Below are positions 39,134 to 47,274 of a stretch of 64,000 nucleotides of DNA, piece by piece. Made by a program: the position numbers and the translations under genes. The stretch is from the sequence record PP813861.1; one strand, written 5' to 3'. The notes beneath the pieces were generated by a model. It searched no databases. It was not told where the DNA came from and saw nothing but the letters and a program-made list of their open reading frames with translations. Position 1 is the stretch's first letter, and every line of letters begins with the position of its first letter.

Positions 39134-39150
39134 TGTAATATAGATCTTAA
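39134..39150 (-). promoter_or_regulatory. Early (virion RNAP) promoter TTAAnnnnTATATTACA
   Basis: TATATTAC core at 39142-39135, intergenic. Confidence 0.8.
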
Positions 39151-39177
39151 ACTTTTTTTAATGTAATACAACATAAA

Positions 39178-39197
39178 GCCCTCCCCGAAGGGAGGGC
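39178..39197 (-). terminator. UUCG terminator of the capsid transcript
   Basis: GCCCTCCC-TTCG-GGGAGGGC-TTTAT. Confidence 0.9.
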
Positions 39198-39209
39198 CTA
39201 TGTCTGTTA

Positions 39210-39287
39210 CTATTCTAACTTCCGGGCATTACCGTCTTCCAAATAACGGATAGTCCCATTTTCTAGATAACGGTAACCCTTTCCAGC
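39210..39287 (-). other. Putative in-frame readthrough extension of the major capsid protein (25 aa)
   Basis: After TGA 39290-39288: AGKGYRYLENGTIRYLEDGNARKLE then TAG TAA; motif shared with gp143. Confidence 0.7.
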
Positions 39288-41531
39288 TCACGGCTTAAGA
39301 TCAGCAAGCTTACCGTTGAACTGAGTTTCACCCATGACTTTCTGGAAGCCAGTGATCTTGAACTCTAGCGCGAACGGAATGTTGTTGACGTGTAGGTTGA
39401 ACGGAATGGCCGCGATTTCGCGAGTAACCTGGTGACCACCACGAGTGATCGGTAGGTCAGCGATAACAGTAGATACGTAGAAGAACTGACCCCAGGAGAG
39501 GATGTCGTTTTCTTGTTGTACTGCGCGGGTCGGAATTACAACTAGCTTACCATCAAATAGCTGGTTGTTGGTGGAAACGATATCGTACTTGAGATAAGCA
39601 CCTAGAGTACGGTCGTCACCTTTAGTCATTAGATAGTTAGCAATCTCTTTGTCGGAGCAGAAGAGATACATCGGAGTTTCATCCTGGTTACCGGAGATAA
39701 CACGGAAGGCAGCTTCAATGTTGGAATCACGGTGAGCCGGGAATAGCTCAGCTTTAACACAGTTTAGGATCGCAGCGCAAACGTCGTCCCAACGATCTTT
39801 AGACTTGATGGTGTCGATGACTTTCTCAAGATCTAGTTCTTTGTAACGATAGGTCGGACGCATTACAGCGGATAGTGCACCTTCGATGATACCAAACTTC
39901 GGACGGTTGTAACCATTGTGTACAACTTCACGTAGTTGAGCAAGGTAGTTAAGCATGCGCTTAACAGCGTTGTTGCTGTTACGGATGTTGGTGTTAACGG
40001 TTAGAGCTTTAACAACCTCACCCGGACCTTCATCGGTCATGGTGTCCATCGGTAGAGTTACAGGAGCGTGCATCGGGATCGGATGACGGAACTGTAGTGC
40101 ACGGGTCTGTAGTAGGTGACCACGCTGACGACGGTTGGTGTTGGTGAAGCGAGTATCTAGTTCGAAACCGATAACAGCTAGGTCAGTTAGCTGATCTAGA
40201 ATAGCTTTAACAGCCGGGTCAGCATTATCCATTACTTGACCATCTTCGTTTAGAACTTTATCGACGTAAGTGTCGGTAGCACCAAACTTAGAATCGCCTT
40301 TGGATAGGCTGATAGTACCGCCGAAACCAACGCTTAGACGTAGGCTTAGTTTAGCAGTCTTAAGGTCGTTAATAACGCCATCAGCTGAACCGTCGATGAA
40401 AGTGGTATCGCCACTAACAACAAGGTCATCGCTATCGAAACGGATAACTGCGTTCCGGGTATCACCAACTAGATCGGGCTGGAACACAGCGCGAGGTAGA
40501 CGGTCAACCTTGAACTTAACAACTTTACCGCCGAGTAGAACGAATAGGTTCTTTAGACGACCAGCCGGATCAATGGTGTCAGAAACTTCAAGCATGCCAC
40601 GCTGAATGAGTAGGTTAGCATTGGAGTTACCCATTAGATCAAGACGTACGTTCGCTTTTAGCGGAGCAGTAGTGATAGTTAGGTTCTGCTCGTTCTTGAT
40701 GGTGTACGGAGGAACAAGAGCCGGGTCTACGAAGAAGTCAGCATTGGAGCCAGCCGGATCTAGGGCAGGAATTAGCGCAATGCTTTCGTCGTCGAGGATG
40801 GAAGGATCACGATAGGCTTCTACCATGTTCACTTCTTCATTATCCATCTTAACGCCGGATACTTCGTGGTAAACGTCTTTCATTACAGCGATGTAAGGAA
40901 GAACCTGAACAACACCACCTTCAATCGGGTTGATAACGGTGGTCGGATAAATACGCTCAGCGAATTCATCTTGACGGCTAGCAGCTAGGTTATAACCAAT
41001 AGTTACAACACGGAAATCACGCTGTGACTTCTCGTTATAGTTCTCTAGGCCAACACCATTTTCGAATACTTGAATGCCACCAGCGGGGCCATTGAACTGA
41101 TGCTGTACAACCTTAACATGATCTTCATTAGAAGCTTTAGCTTTGGTAATACCACGTAGTGCACGGATATATTTAGTTTCATCAGCACAGGCGATAGCAG
41201 CCATGGTAGCAGCAGTGATCTGGTTCTCACGAACACGTTCTTCACGAGCACGTACTTGAGGATCACTGGAACTTACTCGTTCGAAACCATAGTCGTTAAC
41301 GAGCATTTGCATTTTGTTATAAATTGCAGCAGCATCTTGAACGTCGGTAGCTTGTACGGTACCGAAGTTTTCATGTGAAATGGTGCTAACAAGGGAACGA
41401 CCTTGACTAACAACGCTGTCATTTAGACCAATTTCACTTTCTAGGCGGCCAATGAAATCTTCCATTGAGAAGACTTCGTATTTCTTTTCGCCTTTGTGTT
41501 TAAACAGTTCTCTTAGGGCATGTACGCTCAT
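39288..41531 (-). CDS. Major capsid protein (gp120)
   Basis: 747 aa, SME/GLE cleavage motifs, strong codon bias and raised GC; recognised phiKZ-type capsid. Confidence 0.95.
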   Translation of the reverse strand: MSVHALRELFKHKGEKKYEVFSMEDFIGRLESEIGLNDSVVSQGRSLVSTISHENFGTVQATDVQDAAAIYNKMQMLVNDYGFERVSSSDPQVRAREERVRENQITAATMAAIACADETKYIRALRGITKAKASNEDHVKVVQHQFNGPAGGIQVFENGVGLENYNEKSQRDFRVVTIGYNLAASRQDEFAERIYPTTVINPIEGGVVQVLPYIAVMKDVYHEVSGVKMDNEEVNMVEAYRDPSILDDESIALIPALDPAGSNADFFVDPALVPPYTIKNEQNLTITTAPLKANVRLDLMGNSNANLLIQRGMLEVSDTIDPAGRLKNLFVLLGGKVVKFKVDRLPRAVFQPDLVGDTRNAVIRFDSDDLVVSGDTTFIDGSADGVINDLKTAKLSLRLSVGFGGTISLSKGDSKFGATDTYVDKVLNEDGQVMDNADPAVKAILDQLTDLAVIGFELDTRFTNTNRRQRGHLLQTRALQFRHPIPMHAPVTLPMDTMTDEGPGEVVKALTVNTNIRNSNNAVKRMLNYLAQLREVVHNGYNRPKFGIIEGALSAVMRPTYRYKELDLEKVIDTIKSKDRWDDVCAAILNCVKAELFPAHRDSNIEAAFRVISGNQDETPMYLFCSDKEIANYLMTKGDDRTLGAYLKYDIVSTNNQLFDGKLVVIPTRAVQQENDILSWGQFFYVSTVIADLPITRGGHQVTREIAAIPFNLHVNNIPFALEFKITGFQKVMGETQFNGKLADLKP

Positions 41532-41603
41532 TTTTTATTCCTACGTAGGATGAGTTTTTGGTTTAAAAATTTGGGTCTACTAAGCATCTTTTCCGGAATC
41601 AAC

Positions 41604-42137
41604 CTAGCAGCTCTCCAAATAATAGGTAAAAATTTGTGTTGACGCCACGGATTCACGTGGGCGGGTGTTCAACATTTCATTTATCATACTATCAAAGAAA
41701 GTATGGTTAAGTTGAATTGAGACACGTCTAGGATCGCTACTTGCAATGTGCGCACTCTGCTGCACCGCAACCCACAGATTCTCATCTACAGGATATAGGT
41801 AATAATCGTACACTAAATTACGGTTACCTGCATCCCTAAGTTCATTAGTCGCTAGGCGGCTCTCTAAACGATTGTGTAAATCCTTCATCTTAAATTGTTC
41901 AGGACCGTCTATTTCACCTAACTCAGCAACTTTGATTATCGGGCTTACTGCTAACTTAATATCTAGTTTTTCTGGTAATAGAAAGGGGAAAGCAGTTAAA
42001 GCCTGATGTATCTCCGCAAGATCATTTACGGAGGTTTCGGAAACTATATAGTTGGTGTCTAACAATTTGTTAAATTGTACACCTGCTGTTTTATATGATT
42101 CAAAAACAGCTTTTGGCATAACCAGAACTTGGGTCAT
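41604..42137 (-). CDS. Virion head-associated protein (about gp119)
   Basis: 177-aa ORF upstream of capsid; synteny. Confidence 0.7.
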   Translation of the reverse strand: MTQVLVMPKAVFESYKTAGVQFNKLLDTNYIVSETSVNDLAEIHQALTAFPFLLPEKLDIKLAVSPIIKVAELGEIDGPEQFKMKDLHNRLESRLATNELRDAGNRNLVYDYYLYPVDENLWVAVQQSAHIASSDPRRVSIQLNHTFFDSMINEMLNTRPRESVASTQIFTYYLESC

Positions 42138-42210
42138 TGTGAAAGTACCTATATTGTAACTTTAGGCTTTTGGGAACTGTCTACATAGCAATATAGCAAA
42201 TACATTCACT

Positions 42211-42218
42211 AAAATTAC
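42211..42218 (+). promoter_or_regulatory. Putative middle promoter AAAATTAC upstream of dnaB
   Basis: Same motif as upstream of uvsX. Confidence 0.55.
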
Positions 42219-42276
42219 TAGCTATCTAAATGATACACTGTACATCTCTTAATTTCACAATTGGAAATCTATAAAA

Positions 42277-43824
42277 ATGTCAAGTCCAAAACAATTACTC
42301 GTTTCATGTATCACTCTATTATGTTTAGAAAATCGAGAAGATTCTCCAGTGGAACCATCCAATGAATTGGTTACTGAGATTCTTGATACTCTAAATGATA
42401 AGGGTGGTACATTAGATGTAGATCATGGTCGACAAACATTTTTAGATCTTCGTAATCTACTAGTGGATCTAAATAAGAAACAGAAAGCATATTTCCCAGC
42501 TACCCAACAGGTATTACAATCACTACAAGTATGTTGTCGTGAAGAAAGTTATCTATACGATGCTGTTAAAAATGCAGTAGAAGAAGAATTTCCAAATGGC
42601 ATGGCATTAGCCATGCGTGTAACTTCATATCGTCGTGATCTAAATAGCTACTTAGCTGATGAAAAGGTAAAAGCTATTGTAAAAGAATGTTCATCAAAAA
42701 TTCTTTTCAATAGAGGCTCTGCTGATATTCCGGCAATCATTAATGAAATGGCAACCAGAGCTGACCCATATATTCGCGCGCGTGCTGAAGAGAAACACCC
42801 AGCTGAAATGGGTGCACTTGATTTTGGTAATTTAGATTCTATTGAAGGCTTCTTTGAGGAAGCTAAAACTATTCTTTCCCCAAATGGTGCTTTCCGTACT
42901 GGATGGAAAGGTTTTAACAGGATGCTTGGTGATCTGGGTGCATTAAAACGTGGTGAATTTATTATCGGTGGTGGCCTACAACATCAATATAAATCTGGCG
43001 TTTCTATGAGTCTATTTTGCCATGTGTGTCTATTTAATAAACCATACATGCGTGATATCAATAAGAAACCATTAGTAATGTTTATTACTCTTGAGAATGA
43101 GATTCCGGATAACCTTATTTTCATTTATGAGTATATTTACGAAAATGAAACAGGTATCAAGGTAGATCGTAGTTCTATTAGTAAAGCTGAAGCAGCTGAA
43201 TATGTATCAGCTCGTCTCCGTGAAAATGGTTTTGAACCAGTAATGTATCGTTTTGACCCAACTGAATTTACGATTGCTGGTTTAGTTAACTACCTAGATA
43301 CATATCAAGCACGTGGTTATGAACTACAATATCTCTGCGTAGATTATCTAAACATGTTGCCTAAAACTGGATTAGTGACCAGTGTAGCAGGTGATGACGT
43401 TCGTCTCCTATTTAGGCGAATGCGTAACTATACTGCACCACGTGGTATCACATTCTTTAGTCCGCATCAGTTAAGTTCTCAGGCATTAGAACTAATCAGG
43501 GATAATATCCCACCAGAAGACTTTGTTAAACAAGTTGCTAACAAAGGTTACTATGATGGTTGTCGTCGACTTGGACAAGAACCTGATCTGGAATTCTTCT
43601 TCCACATTGTTAAAGTAAGTGGTAAGTATTATCTAACTGTACAACGTGGTAAACACCGTAACGTTGTAAGTGATAGTAAGCATCACTATTTTGTTATGCC
43701 GTTTGATCCAGACCGTATCGGTGGCATTAGATGGGATATCGATAAAGAAGAAAACAATTACATGGACTTTGTACCAAGTCTTAGCAATATGCAAGCCACT
43801 GGTGGAGATGACTGGGGATATTAA
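42277..43824 (+). CDS. dnaB: DnaB-like replicative helicase (gp118)
   Basis: TGWKGFNRMLG, variant Walker A GGLQHQYKS, FITLE, LCVDYL, SPHQLS SF4 motifs. Confidence 0.9.
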   Translation: MSSPKQLLVSCITLLCLENREDSPVEPSNELVTEILDTLNDKGGTLDVDHGRQTFLDLRNLLVDLNKKQKAYFPATQQVLQSLQVCCREESYLYDAVKNAVEEEFPNGMALAMRVTSYRRDLNSYLADEKVKAIVKECSSKILFNRGSADIPAIINEMATRADPYIRARAEEKHPAEMGALDFGNLDSIEGFFEEAKTILSPNGAFRTGWKGFNRMLGDLGALKRGEFIIGGGLQHQYKSGVSMSLFCHVCLFNKPYMRDINKKPLVMFITLENEIPDNLIFIYEYIYENETGIKVDRSSISKAEAAEYVSARLRENGFEPVMYRFDPTEFTIAGLVNYLDTYQARGYELQYLCVDYLNMLPKTGLVTSVAGDDVRLLFRRMRNYTAPRGITFFSPHQLSSQALELIRDNIPPEDFVKQVANKGYYDGCRRLGQEPDLEFFFHIVKVSGKYYLTVQRGKHRNVVSDSKHHYFVMPFDPDRIGGIRWDIDKEENNYMDFVPSLSNMQATGGDDWGY

Positions 43825-43833
43825 CAACATAAA

Positions 43834-43853
43834 GCTCTCCCTTCGGGGAGAGC
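43834..43853 (+). terminator. UUCG terminator
   Basis: GCTCTCCC-TTCG-GGGAGAGC. Confidence 0.75.
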
Positions 43854-43878
43854 ACTATAATTTTAATAGGTAATCTAA

Positions 43879-44247
43879 ATGAGTGCAATTGATAATTTAG
43901 TAAATACTTTAAGAAAAAATATTAGTGAATGTAGAAAGTTTAATCGCCCTCTATTTGCACGTGTATATGCCGCATCACAAAATTACGATAAAATCCGTTA
44001 TGCTGTAGCAGAAGAAGCCCATTATTTTAAATATGGGAAATATGCAGAGGGTAATAATTTAAACATTGATGAACTCATCAGTGATCTTTATTTATATTAC
44101 ACTATTTACGTTGATATTATCCGTAAACCATTACCCGATCCTAATGGGGATTTTATCAGTATCGTAAACCAAGATCACTATACACACATCTACTGGGATT
44201 TAGATCGGTGTGAATCTATTCCAGATGATGTAAAGGAGTTAATGTAA
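43879..44247 (+). CDS. Hypothetical protein
   Basis: 122-aa ORF. Confidence 0.7.
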   Translation: MSAIDNLVNTLRKNISECRKFNRPLFARVYAASQNYDKIRYAVAEEAHYFKYGKYAEGNNLNIDELISDLYLYYTIYVDIIRKPLPDPNGDFISIVNQDHYTHIYWDLDRCESIPDDVKELM

Positions 44248-44248
44248 T

Positions 44249-44485
44249 ATGTACTATGGTAATGTTTATATTATCTTTATTGGTGGTTTATTAATATTTA
44301 TCCTAGGATTGGTATTTGGAGGAATACTGGGAGAAGAGAACAATAACGTATATAAACTCAAATCCCAACAATTTGAATACTGCGTTAAAAATAAACAATC
44401 AAAAAATAATGACAGTGAAAATATCCAAGTTATTAAAGTATGCGCAGAGTCTATTGTACTCCTATATCCGACTAATGAAAAATAA
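44249..44485 (+). CDS. Small single-pass membrane protein
   Basis: N-terminal IIFIGGLLIFILGLVFGGIL. Confidence 0.7.
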   Translation: MYYGNVYIIFIGGLLIFILGLVFGGILGEENNNVYKLKSQQFEYCVKNKQSKNNDSENIQVIKVCAESIVLLYPTNEK

Positions 44486-44493
44486 AGCATTTT

Positions 44494-44511
44494 AGCCCTC
44501 TTAGGAGGGCT
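44494..44511 (+). terminator. Terminator
   Basis: AGCCCTC-TTAG-GAGGGCT-TTT. Confidence 0.8.
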
Positions 44512-45100
44512 TTTATGTCGTATGGCTAATATGCTGGTGAATAATGAATAAAATCGATTATAGAGCAAATTAGAAGGTATTAAAGGCATAAAGAAAGTCT
44601 ATCTCTAGACTTATTATTTTTAATTAAAAAAAATATAATCTATACTGTGTCTCCTTTTAGGGAGACAGTATGTTTTAGCTAACGCTATTAGAATAATGCT
44701 AATATTATTTATTATTAGAATAAGGATATACCTTCGGTATAGTTTATTATGAAATAAAAGCCCCTACGGGGCGATCCGATTCCTCAGTTCCACATTAGGT
44801 AATATTCATGAGTAATATTTAATTACCAGTATCATTGAGTAATACTGGTAATAATATACTAGGTTATTAACAATATGTATTGATTATTCTGATTAAGTCA
44901 AATTAGTTAATAAACAAATCAATTATCAACGAGTGATAACTGGTATTGATTACTAGCTAAAGAGATTAATTAGGATATCTACATGAGGAGTCGCTACCCC
45001 ATGTATATCGGAGTGTCTCTTTAGCGGGAGACTTAACTCCACTTGGGAGCCGCTTTAGCGGGCGGCTCTCACTTAAACAAAAAAAAGAATTCAGATAAGT
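44512..45100. other. AT-rich non-coding hairpin cluster (candidate ncRNA or origin)
   Basis: About 590 bp without a credible gene; at least seven hairpins, two with identical TTTAGCGG loops. Confidence 0.5.
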
Positions 45101-45120
45101 CCCTCTCCTGAAGGAGAGGG
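45101..45120 (-). terminator. Terminator
   Basis: CCCTCTCC/GGAGAGGG. Confidence 0.8.
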
Positions 45121-45129
45121 GGTTGTTTA

Positions 45130-45435
45130 TCATAGGCTTCTCCTTTCGGTTACATAGAACTTCTTCTGATCCATGTCAGTGTATGTTACTATGAAATTGT
45201 CGAAGGGGTTGATGGATACGGCTAAACCTGCGTTGTTGACGTATCCTATTGTAGGGCCAGCCCAATAACCAATGAAGTTACCTCTACGATCTCGACATTG
45301 GATAACATTATCGGCTTGCGTTTTCGCAACCGACATGCTATGGGTTGATCCATCGGGTCTCTTGAAAAAGAAACCTACTTCCTGCATTCTGTGCAGGTCA
45401 GGGCTAACATTGTTAGCGGTAACTGGAATTAACAT
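45130..45435 (-). CDS. Hypothetical protein
   Basis: 101-aa ORF with GAGGA SD. Confidence 0.75.
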   Translation of the reverse strand: MLIPVTANNVSPDLHRMQEVGFFFKRPDGSTHSMSVAKTQADNVIQCRDRRGNFIGYWAGPTIGYVNNAGLAVSINPFDNFIVTYTDMDQKKFYVTERRSL

Positions 45436-45565
45436 GATTGTTCCTCTTGTTAATCCAAGCCCACTTGGGCGAAAATGTTGAGTATTTTTTACTCAACGGC
45501 ATATAGCCCTACTGCTGTAACAGTAGGGCTAATTCTTTTATTCTTAAAAGTTTAACTGAATAAAT

Positions 45566-45587
45566 GCCCTCTCCCGAAGGAGAGGGC
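45566..45587 (-). terminator. UUCG terminator
   Basis: GCCCTCTCC-TTCG-GGAGAGGGC. Confidence 0.88.
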
Positions 45588-45600
45588 TTATGTCGTTAAT

Positions 45601-45876
45601 TTATTTAACCAGCGATGTTTCCCTAACACGAGAGATGCATAAATAATTACTGTAATCGCTGGGGTCGTACTCATCATACCCTAGACAACTTGTATGAATA
45701 TATTCAGTACTGATATTAATCATATCAAGAGTAATACCATCACCCCATTTCTTAGTTGCCATCTCGATAATATCGGCGATAGTATTGGCTACATAACAAT
45801 CACCCAAGATATAAAAGGTATCTTCGGTATCATCCGGACGAAAATGACGAATACCATTCTGTGTATATTCACCCAT
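45601..45876 (-). CDS. Hypothetical protein
   Basis: 91-aa ORF with GAGGA SD. Confidence 0.75.
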   Translation of the reverse strand: MGEYTQNGIRHFRPDDTEDTFYILGDCYVANTIADIIEMATKKWGDGITLDMINISTEYIHTSCLGYDEYDPSDYSNYLCISRVRETSLVK

Positions 45877-45877
45877 G

Positions 45878-46021
45878 TTAATTATCCTCTTTTCCTTCTT
45901 GAGTATGATGAGTGGGCTCTACCCAGTAAAAATCAATAAACAGATCAACTGGTTTACAGCCAACCATCTCGCTGTCATCGGCCCATTTACTTTCATCTAC
46001 GATAATTTCTTCATTAGTCAT
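45878..46021 (-). CDS. Small acidic protein, 47 aa (below ORF-track cutoff)
   Basis: MTNEEIIVDESKW...GKEDN; AAGGAG SD; stop abuts the next ATG. Confidence 0.7.
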   Translation of the reverse strand: MTNEEIIVDESKWADDSEMVGCKPVDLFIDFYWVEPTHHTQEGKEDN

Positions 46022-46060
46022 TTGTATTTCTCCTTATTTACTATAGTAAATATTGTTTAG

Positions 46061-46273
46061 TTACATAGTCCAATTAGTGGCTTCATCAACCATATCAGCT
46101 GCTTCTTTATCAGAAGCATTCCAGAGTTTATCAGCCCATTCTTTATCCATTTCATTTTGGATATTTTCAAGACGCATGTAATTATGCCATGCCTGACCCA
46201 GTCGAAGATTCTTATTATTTTTGTAATAAATTCCAAACTCACCACGAACTGATGCAGGAATTGAAATAGTCAC
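46061..46273 (-). CDS. Hypothetical protein (GTG start)
   Basis: AAGGAG SD; LRLGQAW motif. Confidence 0.72.
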   Translation of the reverse strand: MTISIPASVRGEFGIYYKNNKNLRLGQAWHNYMRLENIQNEMDKEWADKLWNASDKEAADMVDEATNWTM

Positions 46274-46425
46274 TTTATAATCTCCTTAGTTACTATCTGA
46301 CGTGCTTCTTTATAAGAAATATTCGGATTATCATTGATGTATTTAAGAACTTTCTGATGTATAATATTCTCTCGCTCAGTTAGTTCTTTTACTACTCTTT
46401 TAAAATAACCTGGTGATCGTTTCAT
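46270..46425 (-). CDS. Small basic protein, 51 aa (below ORF-track cutoff)
   Basis: MKRSPGYFKRVVKEL...IIK; GTGA stop/start overlap with the next gene. Confidence 0.68.
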   Translation of the reverse strand: MKRSPGYFKRVVKELTERENIIHQKVLKYINDNPNISYKEARQIVTKEIIK

Positions 46426-46427
46426 AG

Positions 46428-46655
46428 TCATGGTTCTTCGATTAACAAGTTATTTGCCTCGAAAAAGAATGGGGCTGACCAGCTATAATCTGGTTCATTT
46501 ACCAGTTTTACACTGTTCTTGGTTTTGATAATCTTGCGATCATACCGCCAGTTTTGTGGTCCATGTTTAGGAATAGTGTAGTATTCACCATCGGGTAGAT
46601 TAGTGGCTTTTTCCCATCCGAGTTCTTTAATGCTAAACTTTTTATCAGTTGTCAT
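46428..46655 (-). CDS. Hypothetical protein, paralogue of 47011..47274
   Basis: NLPDGEYYTIPKHGP motif; start revised to ATG 46655 (AAGGA SD). Confidence 0.72.
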   Translation of the reverse strand: MTTDKKFSIKELGWEKATNLPDGEYYTIPKHGPQNWRYDRKIIKTKNSVKLVNEPDYSWSAPFFFEANNLLIEEP

Positions 46656-46718
46656 TTTCTTTATTTCCTTGCTGTCATGAAACCACCCGGTGGCCGTATC
46701 AAGCTGCGTCCCCATGGT

Positions 46719-47003
46719 TTATACTGCACGTGGGATCACTGATATCTCAAGAGTCAGATCAGCCGCGTCCAGTAGGTTTACCAGGGCGTCCAGAGAGAAC
46801 TTGTCAATCTTGCCTTTGAGAAGATCATTCAATCTCGGTTGCGTAACATGTAGGCGAGCAGCAGCGTCTTTTTGCGGAAGATCCCAGCCCTTTATAGTAC
46901 GGGTGAGAGCCCGCATGAGTTGGGAACGGATACGTAGGTTTTCAGTTTCTTTTGTCGAGTCAACTAGTGTATCCCAGACACCGGGAGTGCATTCGTTTGC
47001 CAT
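46719..47003 (-). CDS. XRE-family HTH protein, HigA2/COG5606-like orphan antitoxin
   Basis: VWD...E.ENLRIRSQLM...QKDAAARLHVTQPRLNDLLKGKIDKFSLDALVNL. Confidence 0.85.
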   Translation of the reverse strand: MANECTPGVWDTLVDSTKETENLRIRSQLMRALTRTIKGWDLPQKDAAARLHVTQPRLNDLLKGKIDKFSLDALVNLLDAADLTLEISVIPRAV

Positions 47004-47010
47004 TTATTTA

Positions 47011-47274
47011 TTACCTCTTGAGGTAAATGCTCGGATAATAAACTACATTATATTTAAAGAAATCACTTACCTTGAATTTTATGTTCGGTGCAGTGATTAG
47101 ATAACAATAATCACCATCAACCATAACGCGTCGATCATGGCTATATACCCTAGGACCATGTAACGGAGAAGTTACATAAATCCCATTGGGAAGATTCCGT
47201 AAATCGTCTTTATTCAGAAACTTACCATTAGGATTTATAGTTAATGGATAACAACCAGGATTAAGTTTATGCAT
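47011..47274 (-). CDS. Hypothetical protein, paralogue of 46428..46655
   Basis: NLPNGIYVTSPLHGP motif. Confidence 0.72.
   Translation of the reverse strand: MHKLNPGCYPLTINPNGKFLNKDDLRNLPNGIYVTSPLHGPRVYSHDRRVMVDGDYCYLITAPNIKFKVSDFFKYNVVYYPSIYLKR

Noticed and set aside
39224-39290. Selenocysteine insertion as the explanation for the capsid UGA
   Set aside because: The hairpin apex (ACUA) does not resemble the E. coli-type SelB-binding loop and there is no redox motif; generic readthrough is the simpler reading, though not excluded without experiment.
44266-44589. 107-aa minus-strand ORF overlapping the small membrane gene
   Set aside because: Antisense to a better-supported gene, crosses its terminator, no clear SD.
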